Program-made: the position numbers and the translations under genes | Shown here: positions 1-10,267 of the stretch, piece by piece | Layout: the number at the start of each line of letters is the position of its first letter | How positions within the stretch are numbered: the stretch's first letter is position 1 | Assembly (NCBI GenBank): GCA_963841435.1 | Contig: CAWJCS010000005.1 | Coordinates: 448,001-512,000 of the forward strand | Length of the DNA: 64,000 nt | Origin: an uncultured delta proteobacterium | GTDB taxonomy: Bacteria > Myxococcota_A > Polyangia > Polyangiales > Polyangiaceae | Direction: 5' to 3' | The notes under the pieces: generated by a model | Seen by the model: the letters and a program-made list of their open reading frames with translations, nothing else | Databases searched by the model: none | What the model was told of the DNA's origin: nothing

Positions 1-97
1 GGCGGGGAAAGGCGCGGGGGCTGCGCCTGCCCCCACCCGCCTTCGACGAGCCGGAAGTGCCGCGCACCAACCGCTGCATGGTCTGACCCCCGCGGTC

Positions 98-1648
98 TCA
101 GACTTCCTTCGTCTCGCCGTTGACCTCGTAGACGATCTTGTAGAGATCCTTGCGGCGGTCGTTCCAGTTCTGCGTGGCGCCGCGATAGCGGTGGTAGCGG
201 AGCAGCTCGATGTCGAGGTCGTGGATCACGAGCGTCTCGACGTTGGGTTGGCACTCGGCGGCGATGCCGTCGCGCGCGAACGGGAAATCGCAGGGCGTGA
301 GGATCGCCGATTGCGCGTAATGGATGTCGGCGTTCTGCACCTGGGGCAGGTTCCCCGTGCACCCCGAGAGCGCCACGTACAGGTGGTTTTCGATGCAGCG
401 CGCCTGCGCGCAGTGACGCACGCGGAGGTACCCCGCGCGCTCGTCGGTATTGAAGGGGCAGAAAAGGATCTGCGCTCCCTGCTTCGCGGCAATGCGTGAC
501 AGCTCGGGAAACTCGATGTCGTAGCAAACGTTGATCGCGACGCGCCCGCAATCGGTGTCGAACACGTTGACTCGCGAGCCGCCCTCGACGCCCCACCAGC
601 GCCGTTCGGCGGGCGTGACGTGGATCTTGTACTGGCGCTCGATGGTGCCGTTGCGACGAAACAGGAACGCTACGTTGTAGAGCTTGCCGCGGTCGAGCGT
701 GAAGTGGCTGCCGCCGACGATGTTGACGCTGTATTTGATGGCAAGCTCGGTGAAAAACTCGAGATAGCGCGGCGTGTGCTCGGCGAGCTTTCGCGCCGCC
801 TCGCCAGGGCGGCCCGCGGGCGTGATGGAGAGCAGCTGCAGCGTGAAAAGCTCGGGGAAGATCACGAAATCTGCGTGATAGTCGCTCGCCGCGTCGACGA
901 AGAAACGCACCTGACGCTCGAGCTCCTCGAACGACTCGATGCGGCGCATCTCGTACTGCACGGCCGCAACGCGCACGTTGTGCGTGGGCCGGAGGCGCCG
1001 TCGATCCTCGGGTGAAAACGCAAGATTGAGCCACTCCATGTGCGTGGCCCAGCCGGCCGAGTCCTCGTCGGAGGGCAGGTAGTCGGCGATCAAACGCTGT
1101 ACGACGAAGCCGTTGGCAATCTGCGTCGTGAGCACGGGGTCGTAGAGCTCCTTGCGCTGCACGCGCTCGACGTACTCTTGCGGCGTCATCTCCTCCGCCT
1201 GCGCCTGGTAGCCCGGGATGCGCCCGCCGATCACCATGCGCTCGAGGTGCCGGTCGCGGCAGAGCTCCTTTCTTGCGTCGTACAGGCGGCGCGCGAGCCG
1301 CAAGCCGCGATACTCGGGGTGCACCATGATTTCGATGCCGTAGAGCGTGTTGCCCTTCGGTGCGTGATTGCGGATGTAGCCGCCGTCGGAGATCTTTCCC
1401 CAGTCGTGCCACTCGCTGTAGAGATCGAAGTCGAGGATCAGGCTGGAGCTCGACGCCACGAGGAGCCCGTCGAGCTCGATACCGATCTGCCCGTCCGGGA
1501 ACACCGTGAGCATGCTCTCGAACTGTTCCCGCACCCAGGGCCGCATCTTGGGAAAACAGAGCTTCTGCAGGGCGACCACGGCGTCGTAGTCCGTGAGCTC
1601 GAGCCGCCGCACCTTGACCCTCCGCTCGAAATCCTTGTGGTCGATCAT
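98..1648 (-). CDS. GNAT N-acetyltransferase / carbon-nitrogen hydrolase (nitrilase family) fusion
   Basis: N-terminal GNAT ([14 protein letters not shown]). C-terminal CN-hydrolase with E-K-C triad motifs ([16 protein letters not shown]). Confidence 0.9.
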   Translation of the reverse strand: MIDHKDFERRVKVRRLELTDYDAVVALQKLCFPKMRPWVREQFESMLTVFPDGQIGIELDGLLVASSSSLILDFDLYSEWHDWGKISDGGYIRNHAPKGNTLYGIEIMVHPEYRGLRLARRLYDARKELCRDRHLERMVIGGRIPGYQAQAEEMTPQEYVERVQRKELYDPVLTTQIANGFVVQRLIADYLPSDEDSAGWATHMEWLNLAFSPEDRRRLRPTHNVRVAAVQYEMRRIESFEELERQVRFFVDAASDYHADFVIFPELFTLQLLSITPAGRPGEAARKLAEHTPRYLEFFTELAIKYSVNIVGGSHFTLDRGKLYNVAFLFRRNGTIERQYKIHVTPAERRWWGVEGGSRVNVFDTDCGRVAINVCYDIEFPELSRIAAKQGAQILFCPFNTDERAGYLRVRHCAQARCIENHLYVALSGCTGNLPQVQNADIHYAQSAILTPCDFPFARDGIAAECQPNVETLVIHDLDIELLRYHRYRGATQNWNDRRKDLYKIVYEVNGETKEV

Positions 1649-1719
1649 GCTCCGGAAGGTAGCAGACTCCCCGGGAACGCTACGACGGAACCCCGAACCC
1701 CACGGCCCCTCGCGGTGCC

Positions 1720-2196
1720 TCAGCCGTCCGGATCGAGCTCGGCCGCCAGAGCGCGCAACAAGGCCCGCGCACCCTCCACCTGAGAAGCCGGTGCGGCAGC
1801 AAGCACTCGGCGCACGGTGGCTTCGACGGTACGCCCTCGCTTGCCGTTGAGCGAGCGCCCCTTGGCCGTGAGCGTCAGGATCGCGCGCCGGCCATCCTCC
1901 GGATCACGCCGCCGCGCAACGAGCCGCGACTGCTCGAGACGGCGCAGCACCCCGGTGAGCGAGCTCGGGTCGACGTGCAAGAGGTCGGCGAGCTCACCGG
2001 GTGAGAGCCGCGCGTAGTGTCCGACGAGCCTGAGCACGAGACGCTGCGGCCCCGTGACGCCGATGTCGGTGCGCATCTGCTTGGATGCCGACTCCAGACC
2101 GTGCGCGACGGCCCAGAGCAGGCGCATGAACCCCAACACTTCGCCGAGGGATTCGATCCCAGTCGGCGAGCGGGAGCTGACGTTTTGTTTGCCCAC
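1720..2196 (-). CDS. MarR family transcriptional regulator (start uncertain)
   Basis: [10 protein letters not shown]...[10 protein letters not shown]...[16 protein letters not shown] winged-helix signature. Confidence 0.85.
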   Translation of the reverse strand: MGKQNVSSRSPTGIESLGEVLGFMRLLWAVAHGLESASKQMRTDIGVTGPQRLVLRLVGHYARLSPGELADLLHVDPSSLTGVLRRLEQSRLVARRRDPEDGRRAILTLTAKGRSLNGKRGRTVEATVRRVLAAAPASQVEGARALLRALAAELDPDG

Positions 2197-2265
2197 GGCC
2201 TGCCATCCTAGCTTAGGGCCCTCTCGAGAGGGCAAGTCGCTTCATACGGGCGCCCCCAAAACGGC

Positions 2266-2499
2266 CTACATACTGGACTCCACGCACTGCCCTTCCTGGC
2301 AGCGGTGGTGGGGACCGCAGGAAGCACTGGTGACGCATTCCACGCAATGGTGGCGCACGCAGTAGGCCCGCCCCTCGTCGGCGTCGGGGCAGTCGGAGTC
2401 GTTGCTGCAGCGCGCGGTCTTCGCGTCCGGGGCGCAACGCAGCGTCCCCACGAGCAGCAGGAGGCAGGTCAGCACCAAGGTTGCGATTTGCCGAAACAT
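2266..2499 (-). CDS. small Cys-rich secreted protein
   Basis: Hydrophobic signal followed by tandem CxxDxDC/CxxxxC motifs typical of myxobacterial Cys-rich repeats. Confidence 0.65.
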   Translation of the reverse strand: MFRQIATLVLTCLLLLVGTLRCAPDAKTARCSNDSDCPDADEGRAYCVRHHCVECVTSASCGPHHRCQEGQCVESSM

Positions 2500-2642
2500 G
2501 ACGGCTGAGCGTAGCAAAATATAGTTTGAAGTTCAACTTTTATCGCCATGGTGCAATCGACGGGGTTGCGCGAACCGCCGCGCTTTGGTAGCCCGGGCAG
2601 AGCGCGGGCCAGCTTGCCCGCTTGCAAAAAAGGAGGTGCCCC

Positions 2643-3158
2643 ATGAAAACGCGAGCTTCATTGTTCATCGCCGCCGCGCTGGCGCTCCCTGCGTGCGCCA
2701 AGAGCGAGCCTCCCCCTCGCGCGCCCGCTACCGCGGCGCCGGCGCCCGTGCCGCCACCGACCGCCTCGAAGTCGCCGACACGCGGCGTCGTGCAGATCTC
2801 GGCAGACATTCGCAAGGCTTGTGGGATCTCCGACGCGGATGCTCACTTCGCGTTCGACTCCTCGCGGATCCGCTCGGGTGATCAGCCCGTGCTCGAGAAG
2901 CTCGCGACGTGCTTCTCCACGGGCCCCCTCAAGGGTCGGCAGATGCGCCTCGTGGGCCACGCGGATCCGCGCGGCGACGAGGAGTACAACCTGGTGCTCG
3001 GCGGGAGCCGCGCCGCCGCGGTCAAATCGTACCTGGTCAGGCTGGGCCTGCCCGACAGGCTCGCCGCGACGACCTCGCGGGGCGAAATGGACGCCCACGG
3101 GACCGACGAGGGGTCCTGGGCCGAAGATCGGCGCGTCAACGTCTTACTCGTCGACTGA
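2643..3158 (+). CDS. OmpA/Pal family peptidoglycan-associated lipoprotein
   Basis: RBS AGGAGG at 2631, lipobox LPAC, motifs HFAFDSS, GHADPRG..EYNLVLG..RA and DRRV. Confidence 0.9.
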   Translation: MKTRASLFIAAALALPACAKSEPPPRAPATAAPAPVPPPTASKSPTRGVVQISADIRKACGISDADAHFAFDSSRIRSGDQPVLEKLATCFSTGPLKGRQMRLVGHADPRGDEEYNLVLGGSRAAAVKSYLVRLGLPDRLAATTSRGEMDAHGTDEGSWAEDRRVNVLLVD

Positions 3159-3189
3159 GCCGGCTGGCCGAGCCAGGCTCCACGGGAAC

Positions 3190-3735
3190 ATGAAAGCCTC
3201 CGGGGCCTCTCCTTTCGGCGCGCTCCTCGCGGCGGTGATGATCGCTCCGCTCGGCAGCAGTGAGCCGCCGAGCTCGCTCGCGCCGCCCGGGGAGCCCGCG
3301 AGGCTCAGCCTCGTGTTCAGCAAGCGCGTGGTGAAGGCGTGCCTTCCGACGGAGGTGGAGGGGCGGGCGGCGTGCCAGCCGCGCACCGAGCTCGCGGCGG
3401 GAACCGCGGAGGTGACGCTCTTGCCCGTCCACGAGGCTTCGCTGCGTGGGCGCGAGGACCGGCGCTCGGCGCTGACCTTCCGCATCCAGGCGACGCGCGC
3501 CACGGACGCGGGCGCTTCGGGCGAGACCCGCGAAGCGACGCTGGCCCCCGGCGTCTGGCGCGTCAGCTGGCTCGGGGCGAGCCGGCAGCCGACGTTCGAG
3601 GCGCGGGCCGCCGTGAGCTACGTGCTCGAGCTCGAGGGGCTGCAGGGGCGTTGCCGGCGAACGGACGCCACCTGCCGACTCGACGAGGCGCCCATCGATC
3701 GAACCGTGAAGGTGAGCGAGAAGCCGGCTGGCTGA
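3190..3735 (+). CDS. hypothetical secreted protein
   Basis: ATG 32 bp after the ompA-like gene, signal-like N-terminus, two Cys pairs. Confidence 0.55.
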   Translation: MKASGASPFGALLAAVMIAPLGSSEPPSSLAPPGEPARLSLVFSKRVVKACLPTEVEGRAACQPRTELAAGTAEVTLLPVHEASLRGREDRRSALTFRIQATRATDAGASGETREATLAPGVWRVSWLGASRQPTFEARAAVSYVLELEGLQGRCRRTDATCRLDEAPIDRTVKVSEKPAG

Positions 3736-3762
3736 CGCCGCCGGCGCGAGGCGCTCGAGGCG

Positions 3763-4884
3763 TCACGCGCGCGCGGGTATCCCGCCGGAAGCGATGTGCA
3801 GCGTGCGCGTCGGGAAGGCGAACGAGGTGCCGGCGGCCTCCACGACGCCCATGAACGCGAGGAACATTTCCTGGCGGATCACGAGAAACTCGTTGAAGTC
3901 CGTGGTCTGAAACCAGGCCATGATGTCGATGTCGAGCGAGGAGGCGCCGAACCCCGCGAAACGCACGTTCACCGTGTCCGGCCAGATCTTCGGGTGACCG
4001 CGCAGGACGCCCTCCAGGTTGGTGAGCACCTGCCGCATCTGCGCCTGCGTCGTGCCGTATTCGAGGCCGATCGAGAGGGACAACCGGATGCGGTCGCGGG
4101 CGGCGTAGGTTTCGATGGGGGTCTCGGAGAGCTTGGCGTTCGGAATCGTAACGAGCGTGCGGTCGAGCGTGCGGACGCGCGTGGAACGAATGCCGACGGT
4201 CTCCACCGTACCGACCACGTTCTCGACACGCACGAAGTCGCCGGCGCGGCAGGGCCAATCGACGGCCAGCGAGAAGCCGCCGAACAGGTTTTCGATCGTC
4301 TTCTGCGCGGCGAGACCGATCGCCAGCCCTCCGAAGCCCGCCCCAGCAACGAGGCTCGCCACGGGGAAGCCGAACGAAGAGAGCACCGCAATGGCGCCGA
4401 CGGCGAGCACGGCGAGCTGGGCGAGGCGCCCGCCGAGCGAGATGAGAGCCACGGAGCCGGGGTTGTCCGTGGCCCACGCTGACGCGGCGGCGACGTGCTT
4501 GAGCACGCTGACGCTACGGTACAGGCCCCAAAACAGCCCGAGGAGCAACGCGGCGCGCAGGGCCTCGCTGGCCGCCGACGCGACACGGGGCGGCGCCTCG
4601 AGCTGCCCGAGCGTGACGTGCAGAATCGCCGCGAGCAGGGTGAGCCGGATCGGTCCTGCGAGAGCGACCGCCCACTCGTCGTCCCAGCCGCCCTCCGTGC
4701 GGGCGGCGAGGCGGCGCAAGATCGCCGTCGTGATCGCGGAAAGCGCGAGCGCCACGAGCACGGCGAGCCCCAGGAGCAGCGCGATCTCCGCCCATGGCGC
4801 CAAGCCCAGGCGCGCAACGAGCTCGGGGCCGACCCTCACGCCGCCGCCAAGAGCGAGCAGCACCGGTGCGTTCGACGCTTGCAT
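3763..4884 (-). CDS. MscS family mechanosensitive channel
   Basis: TM helices, GLAIGLAAQKTIENLFGG, GTVETVGIRSTRVRT, FAFPTRTL. Confidence 0.9.
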   Translation of the reverse strand: MQASNAPVLLALGGGVRVGPELVARLGLAPWAEIALLLGLAVLVALALSAITTAILRRLAARTEGGWDDEWAVALAGPIRLTLLAAILHVTLGQLEAPPRVASAASEALRAALLLGLFWGLYRSVSVLKHVAAASAWATDNPGSVALISLGGRLAQLAVLAVGAIAVLSSFGFPVASLVAGAGFGGLAIGLAAQKTIENLFGGFSLAVDWPCRAGDFVRVENVVGTVETVGIRSTRVRTLDRTLVTIPNAKLSETPIETYAARDRIRLSLSIGLEYGTTQAQMRQVLTNLEGVLRGHPKIWPDTVNVRFAGFGASSLDIDIMAWFQTTDFNEFLVIRQEMFLAFMGVVEAAGTSFAFPTRTLHIASGGIPARA

Positions 4885-5112
4885 CGGCCCCGTCTACCGC
4901 GGGCCGTCGGATATGGCTAGACCCGAGCTCGGCGAGCGAGGCAGAGAGTCGGAAAGCGGCGCCCCAGGGGAAGGTCGCGCGCCCGTCGCGGAGCTGAAAC
5001 CGAAGCATGGCGCCGGCCTCGCGCGGCTCTTCGCCTGGCGCGCCCGCTGCGCAAAACACCGAGGAAATCCGTATTTTTCGCACGATTTGATTTGACTTCC
5101 AACTAATTTTCG

Positions 5113-5127
5113 TGGCACGCTGGAGGC
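5113..5127 (+). promoter_or_regulatory. sigma54 -24/-12 promoter element
   Basis: TGGCACGCTGGAGGC (GG-N10-GC), just upstream of the RBS and start at 5146, after an AT-rich patch. Confidence 0.5.
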
Positions 5128-5145
5128 TCAAGGAAGGAGGTCACC

Positions 5146-5652
5146 GTGCGGCTCCTACTCACTGGACCGTCCGGCTCGGCTCGGATTTCGTGGAACCTTT
5201 ACGCCATGCTGCGTGACAACGTGCAGCATCACCTCGAAGAGGGCGCACCGAGCGCGAGGTTTCGCGCGCTCCACGCGCTCGAACAAGCCATCGACCGCGG
5301 CACGCACCAGGTCAACGCGGCCCGCCTGCGCGGGGAGGTCATGGGCGCCTGGTACGGCCTTTCGAAGCTCGGCGTCGGCGAAGCCGCCGTCAGCTTTCGC
5401 ACGCGCAGCATCATGACGGGCTGTCCCGCGCCGCCCGTCCAGCGCGGGACGGCGAAGCGTCGGCTCACGGGCTGGAGCCTGCCGGTGCCGGCGAGCAAGG
5501 AGGAGCCGTCGCTCGTCGAGCATGCGCTTGGTTTCGTCCTTGCCGTGCTCCGCATCACCGAGACGGCCGTCGATGGCGACGTGGTGGTCGTGACGCGCGA
5601 AGGCAGCGCTCCTCGCTTCGCTGCGGCCGCTCCGGCCAGCGCCGCCCGCTGA
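5146..5652 (+). CDS. hypothetical protein
   Basis: Strong RBS AAGGAGG before GTG; 168 aa with globular composition. Confidence 0.7.
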   Translation: MRLLLTGPSGSARISWNLYAMLRDNVQHHLEEGAPSARFRALHALEQAIDRGTHQVNAARLRGEVMGAWYGLSKLGVGEAAVSFRTRSIMTGCPAPPVQRGTAKRRLTGWSLPVPASKEEPSLVEHALGFVLAVLRITETAVDGDVVVVTREGSAPRFAAAAPASAAR

Positions 5653-5729
5653 GCCCCTCCGCGGAACGGCGCGCCTCGACCTCATTTCGGTGAGGAACCG
5701 GGGTCGCCTCAACCCATCGAGACTCCGCG

Positions 5730-6563
5730 CTAGCGGCGAGACGAGCGGCGCGGAACGCCGGCGCGCGAGAGCATCGCGACGGCGATCGCGACGACGAAGC
5801 CGATCGTGGCGTGCCCTAGCACGAGGTGCGAGCGCTCGTTCATCGGACAATGAAACAAGAGCGCCAGGTTGGCGACGAGGCCCGCGAGACCGCCTGCGAG
5901 CAACGCGTTGCCGAGGGGCAACCGTTCGTGACGCTCGACGCTCCAGGCGACGATCAGCACCGGGAGCGACAGCATCGCTCCGTACGAGAAGCAGCCGAAA
6001 GCGTGGCGCAGGAACGACGGGTCATGACCGACGGCGCTCGCCACGGGCTCCATCAGGCCGAGCGCGTAGAGCGCCGGTAGGACTAGCGCGACCAGCAGTG
6101 CCACGCCCTTGGCGGCGTCCGCGACCGCTGGGCGACCGGGCGACGGAAGCAGGAGCCGCACCATCGCGAGCGCTGCGAGCGAGAACAACGCGAGCCAGGT
6201 GGCGAGCGAGAGCGCGGGATAGGTCGCGAAGTCGGGCCGCAACTTGGCGGCGGCGGAGGCGACCCCGAGTGCGCCCGCAGCGACGAGCAACCCGCCGCGC
6301 ACGCGCGTGGGACGGCTTCGGAGCCAGGCACGCGGCCCCACCTCGGCGGTCAGCGAGCGCTCGAGCGACGCCCAGAGCTCCTTTTCCGGAGCCGGCACGG
6401 GCTCGTTCGACGCGAGCGCACGGCCGAGCTGCGCTTCGTCGGCGAAGAGCTCGGAGCAAGACTCACAGTCTGCCACGTGGTCGGATACCTCCGGACCCTC
6501 GGGAAGATGTCCGGCACGGAAAGCATCGCGAATCTCGGAGCAGCCCACGGGTCGTTCCGTCAT
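5730..6563 (-). CDS. membrane anti-sigma factor (ZAS motif, NrsF/DUF1109-like)
   Basis: HVADCESC zinc motif, several TM helices, FHCP...HLVLGH C-terminal motif; overlaps the sigma factor stop. Confidence 0.75.
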   Translation of the reverse strand: MTERPVGCSEIRDAFRAGHLPEGPEVSDHVADCESCSELFADEAQLGRALASNEPVPAPEKELWASLERSLTAEVGPRAWLRSRPTRVRGGLLVAAGALGVASAAAKLRPDFATYPALSLATWLALFSLAALAMVRLLLPSPGRPAVADAAKGVALLVALVLPALYALGLMEPVASAVGHDPSFLRHAFGCFSYGAMLSLPVLIVAWSVERHERLPLGNALLAGGLAGLVANLALLFHCPMNERSHLVLGHATIGFVVAIAVAMLSRAGVPRRSSRR

Positions 6564-7132
6564 ATGCCTGCTCCATGGGCTGGGTTACCGCCGTGCCGCG
6601 CGGCCCGGAGGTCGCCGAGCAGGGCGCGGAGCCCGTTGTAGCCGCGGTGGGCGCGCACTTTGGCGGCCGTGGCGCCGATTCCGAGGCACTCGGCAACCTC
6701 CGGAAACGAAAGGCCACCGAACCAGTGCAGCTCGATCACCTCGCGCTGGTCGGCGGGGATCTTCTCGAGCGCCCAGGAGAGCGTCTGCTGCGCCTCCGCG
6801 CGCTGCTGGCCGAGCGGCGGCACGGCGATCTCGACGGGAACCTCCCCGGCGGGCGCCTCGGGACGCCGCTTGCGGGAGCGGAAGTATTCCCGCTTGAGGT
6901 TCAAGGCGATGGTGAACATCCAGGGTTTGAAGCGCTGCGTATCGTCGAAGTCGAACCTCGCCCGATGCAGCTGTAAAAAAGCCTGCTGGACGAGGTCCTG
7001 CGCTATGTCGGGCTGGCGGAGATCCCGGGCCAAAAGACGCACGAGCACGCTCGCGTAGCGTTGAAAGAGCTCGCGAAAGGCGCCAGGGTCCCCTTCCCTG
7101 TAGGCGCGCATTAGCTCTTCGTCGGAACGCAT
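6560..7132 (-). CDS. ECF RNA polymerase sigma factor
   Basis: Region 2 DLVQQAFLQL..FKPWMFTIALN; region 4 LSFPEVAECLGI..AKVRAHR. Confidence 0.92.
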   Translation of the reverse strand: MRSDEELMRAYREGDPGAFRELFQRYASVLVRLLARDLRQPDIAQDLVQQAFLQLHRARFDFDDTQRFKPWMFTIALNLKREYFRSRKRRPEAPAGEVPVEIAVPPLGQQRAEAQQTLSWALEKIPADQREVIELHWFGGLSFPEVAECLGIGATAAKVRAHRGYNGLRALLGDLRAARHGGNPAHGAGI

Positions 7133-7248
7133 GGCGAACGCAGGGTACCCGCTCGGGACGCCCCGTCAGGTACGGTGGGCCCCCGCGGGCGGTTGCAACC
7201 GAACGTTCGATTCCACGAGGGCGCGCTCTTTTCCGGCGGCGGGCGCCC

Positions 7249-7704
7249 TCAGCCGGGAGTTCGCACCGCGAGCACGGGGCACGGCGCGAGCCGGACCACG
7301 CGTTCGGCGACGCTGCCGATCAGGGCACGCGAGAGGCCCGTGCGGCCGTTCGTGCCGATCACGATGAGGTCGTAGCTGCCCGCCTTGGCCGCCTCGACGA
7401 TGGAGTGCGCCGGCGAGCCCGGCTCGGCGCGCGCGGAGCCGATCGGCAGACCGCGCCCCGTCGCGTCGCTCACGAGCTGCTTCAGCGCTTCCTCCGCGCC
7501 GCTCCGCACCGTCTCGACGAGCGAGTGCACGGGTGCGCCCAGGTCGAGCGTCGTCCCCGGTGGCACGAAGCTCGGCACCTCCCAGACGTGCAAGAGGTCC
7601 AGCGTGGCGCCGAACGCGCGCGCGACGGTCGCTGCGTAGTCGAGCGCGGCGCGCGACGGTTCGGAGAAATCGACGGGCACGAGGATGCGGCGAATCGACG
7701 ACAT
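7249..7704 (-). CDS. universal stress protein
   Basis: RILVPVDFSE...DLIVIGTNGRTGL...IGSVAERVVRLAPCPVL. Confidence 0.92.
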   Translation of the reverse strand: MSSIRRILVPVDFSEPSRAALDYAATVARAFGATLDLLHVWEVPSFVPPGTTLDLGAPVHSLVETVRSGAEEALKQLVSDATGRGLPIGSARAEPGSPAHSIVEAAKAGSYDLIVIGTNGRTGLSRALIGSVAERVVRLAPCPVLAVRTPG

Positions 7705-7764
7705 GCGCGCGGTAGTGTACACAGTCGGGCGACCCTGGCACGGGTCGTGGAGGCGCAGGCACTC

Positions 7765-8889
7765 ATGCCCCACGAGGACGCGAAGCAAATGAACGCCGGT
7801 TCGTCACCCGCGAGCGGCGGGCGCGTGGAACGGCTCGTCCAGAGCGTGCTTCCGGGAGCGCAAATCCTGCGTGTCGTGCCCTTCCGCCCGGACACCGCGA
7901 CGGACGACGAGAGCACGAAGGCTCAGGGCTACGGAGCTCCGCTGCGCATCGACGCACGGCACGGCGGGCGCGACCTGTCGCTCGTCTTGCACACGGTGAC
8001 GGCCAACGACTTCGGCCACGATCGGCGCGCCGACAGGGCCGCTGAGGTGCTGCTCGCTGCGGACACGTTCGGGAGCATCCCTCGTCACGTCAACGTTCTG
8101 GACGTGGGGGCTTATCGTGGCAAGGGCTTCGTGTCGCTCGCGGGCACCGGCGAGTTCTACCTCTTGACGACCCACGCACCCGGTAGCGTGTACGCCGAGG
8201 ATCTGCGGCGCATCGCAAGCCGCGGCAGCGCGGAGCCGGGCGACCTCGAGCGCCACCGAGCGCTCGTCGCGTACCTTGCCGGGCTGCACGAGCCCGTGCG
8301 CGGCGGCTCCCCGGCCGCGTACACACGCTCCGTGCGCGACACGTTCGGCAGCGGCGAAGGCGTGCTCGGCATCGTCGACGGCTATCCGGACGAGACGCCT
8401 GCGGCGCCCCGAGCGCGCCTCGAGCGCATCGAGGAACGCTGCCTCGCCGCCCACTTTCGGCTCGAGCGGCAACACGGGCGGCTGCGGCGCATTCACGGCG
8501 ACTTTCACCCGTTCAACGTGCTCTTCGGCGAGGAGCCGGAGCCCTTTGTCCTCGACACGAGCCGCGGGTCACTCGGTGACCCGGCCGACGACGTTGCGTG
8601 CATGGCCATCAACTTCGCGTTCTTCGCGCTGGGACACCCGGGAGCGTGGCGCGGGGCGTTCAGGACGCTGTGGCACGGCTTCTGGAACGAGTACGTCGAG
8701 CGTACGAACGACGGCGGGCTCTTCGAGGCGGCGCCGCTGTTCCTCGCCTGGCGTGGCCTCGTGCTCGCGAGCCCCGCCTGGTACCCCGAGCTCGAAAGCG
8801 CCAATCGCGAGCGCCTGCTCGGCTTCGTCGAGCGCGTGCTCGAGGGTGCGTTCACCCCGGCAGTGGCCGAGGAGTTCTTCGACTCGTGA
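7765..8889 (+). CDS. aminoglycoside-phosphotransferase-like (APH family) kinase
   Basis: Brenner motif HGDFHPFNV, LDTSRG..GDPADD. Start at 7765 or 7789. Confidence 0.8.
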   Translation: MPHEDAKQMNAGSSPASGGRVERLVQSVLPGAQILRVVPFRPDTATDDESTKAQGYGAPLRIDARHGGRDLSLVLHTVTANDFGHDRRADRAAEVLLAADTFGSIPRHVNVLDVGAYRGKGFVSLAGTGEFYLLTTHAPGSVYAEDLRRIASRGSAEPGDLERHRALVAYLAGLHEPVRGGSPAAYTRSVRDTFGSGEGVLGIVDGYPDETPAAPRARLERIEERCLAAHFRLERQHGRLRRIHGDFHPFNVLFGEEPEPFVLDTSRGSLGDPADDVACMAINFAFFALGHPGAWRGAFRTLWHGFWNEYVERTNDGGLFEAAPLFLAWRGLVLASPAWYPELESANRERLLGFVERVLEGAFTPAVAEEFFDS

Positions 8890-9422
8890 GCGCCGGCGTC
8901 GTGATTTGGGTCACGGGGCTGCCATCGGCGGGCAAGACGACGTTCGCGAAGCGCCTCGTCGAGGGCTTGCGCGCTCGCGGCGACGCCGCTTGCCTGCTCG
9001 ACGGCGACGCCGTGCGCGAGACGCTCGTGCCGAAGGTCGGCTACGCGCCCGAGGAGCGCGACGCCTTCTACGCGACGCTCGCCGGGCTCGCGGCGCTGCT
9101 GGCGAGCCAGGGACTCACGGCCGTCATCGCGGCCACGGCGCATCGGAAAGCGTTCAGAGAGCGTGCGCGCGCCCTGTCGCCGGCGTTCCTCGAGGTGTTC
9201 GTGGACACGCCGCTCGAGGAGTGCGAGCGACGCGACGCGAAGGGGCTCTACGACGAGAGCCGCGCCGGTAAGGTGCGAGCGCTGCCCGGCGCGGGCGCCG
9301 CCTACGAGCCTCCCGAGGCGCCCGACGTCGTGGCCCACGGCGGTCGCGACGCCGACGCCCTGGGGCGGGCGCTCGCGCAATCGGTGCGCTCGCACTCGGT
9401 CGATCCGAAGGGCGCGCACTAA
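8886..9422 (+). CDS. adenylylsulfate-kinase-like P-loop kinase
   Basis: [39 protein letters not shown] overlap with the upstream gene. Confidence 0.8.
   Translation: MSAGVVIWVTGLPSAGKTTFAKRLVEGLRARGDAACLLDGDAVRETLVPKVGYAPEERDAFYATLAGLAALLASQGLTAVIAATAHRKAFRERARALSPAFLEVFVDTPLEECERRDAKGLYDESRAGKVRALPGAGAAYEPPEAPDVVAHGGRDADALGRALAQSVRSHSVDPKGAH
9375..9389. promoter_or_regulatory. putative EBP enhancer palindrome (intragenic)
   Basis: GCGCA-ATCGG-TGCGC, perfect match, about 95 bp upstream of the sigma54 element at 9482. Confidence 0.55.
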
Positions 9423-9481
9423 TTACCGGTCGCTCAGGGCACGAGGCGCTCCCTCGTCGCTCTTCCGAAAAAAACCGCGAC

Positions 9482-9497
9482 TGGTACGAGCCTTGCT
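9482..9497 (+). promoter_or_regulatory. sigma54 -24/-12 promoter element
   Basis: TGGTACGAGCCTTGCT, near-consensus, upstream of the ABC operon. Confidence 0.7.
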
Positions 9498-9510
9498 CGG
9501 CGGAGTCCGC

Positions 9511-10260
9511 GTGTCGCCGTTCGGTCGTGCCCCCACCGCCCTAGCCGGAGCCCCTTCGGATGCACTGCTTTCGTGCCAGGGGATCAAGAAGGTCTACCGC
9601 ATGGGGGAAGTCGACGTGCGGGCGCTCGATGGCGTGGATTTCGCGCTCAAGGGCGGCGAGCTTCTCGTGCTGCTTGGCGTTTCCGGCAGCGGAAAATCCA
9701 CGTTGCTCAACATCCTCGGGGGCCTCGACGTGCCGACCGAAGGCCGGGTGATCTTCGGCGACACCGAGCTCAGCGACGCGGACGAGGACGTGCTCACGGA
9801 CTACCGCCGCCACCACGTGGGCTTCGTGTTCCAGTTCTACAATCTGATTCCGAGCCTCACGGCGCGCGAGAACGTGGCGCTCGTCACGGATATTTCGGAC
9901 GACCCGCTCGATCCCGAAGAGGCCCTCGAGCTCGTGGGTCTCGGCGAACGGCTCGACCATTTCCCCGCGCAGCTCTCGGGCGGCGAGCAACAACGCGTGG
10001 CCATCGCGCGAGCGATCGCCAAACGGCCCTCGGTGCTGCTCTGCGACGAGCCGACCGGGGCCCTGGACTTTCGCACCGGCATCCTGGTTCTCGAGGTGCT
10101 CGAGCGCGTGAACGCAGAGCTCCGCACGGCGACGGCGGTCATCACGCACAACGCACCGATCGCCGACATCGCCGATCGCGTCGTGACGCTCGCCGACGGG
10201 CGCGTGCAGAGCGACCGCATGACGACCGACCGCGTGCACGCCCGAGACCTCAGGTGGTGA
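9511..10260 (+). CDS. ABC transporter ATP-binding protein (LolD/MacB-like)
   Basis: [34 protein letters not shown]. Confidence 0.92.
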   Translation: MSPFGRAPTALAGAPSDALLSCQGIKKVYRMGEVDVRALDGVDFALKGGELLVLLGVSGSGKSTLLNILGGLDVPTEGRVIFGDTELSDADEDVLTDYRRHHVGFVFQFYNLIPSLTARENVALVTDISDDPLDPEEALELVGLGERLDHFPAQLSGGEQQRVAIARAIAKRPSVLLCDEPTGALDFRTGILVLEVLERVNAELRTATAVITHNAPIADIADRVVTLADGRVQSDRMTTDRVHARDLRW

Positions 10261-10267
10261 GCGAGCC

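Noticed and set aside
1-41. GC-rich nested inverted repeat at the window start
   Set aside because: Imperfect, at the window edge, with no U-tract and no second copy seen.
5085-5103. TTGAT half-site suggesting an FNR/FixK box
   Set aside because: No matching ATCAA half at the right spacing.
7736-7750. TGGCACGGGTCGTGG as a sigma54 promoter
   Set aside because: The -12 dinucleotide is GG rather than GC and I found no palindrome nearby; not counted.
7765-8889. Aminoglycoside resistance gene
   Set aside because: Only fold-level APH motifs; the context points to a metabolic or stress kinase.
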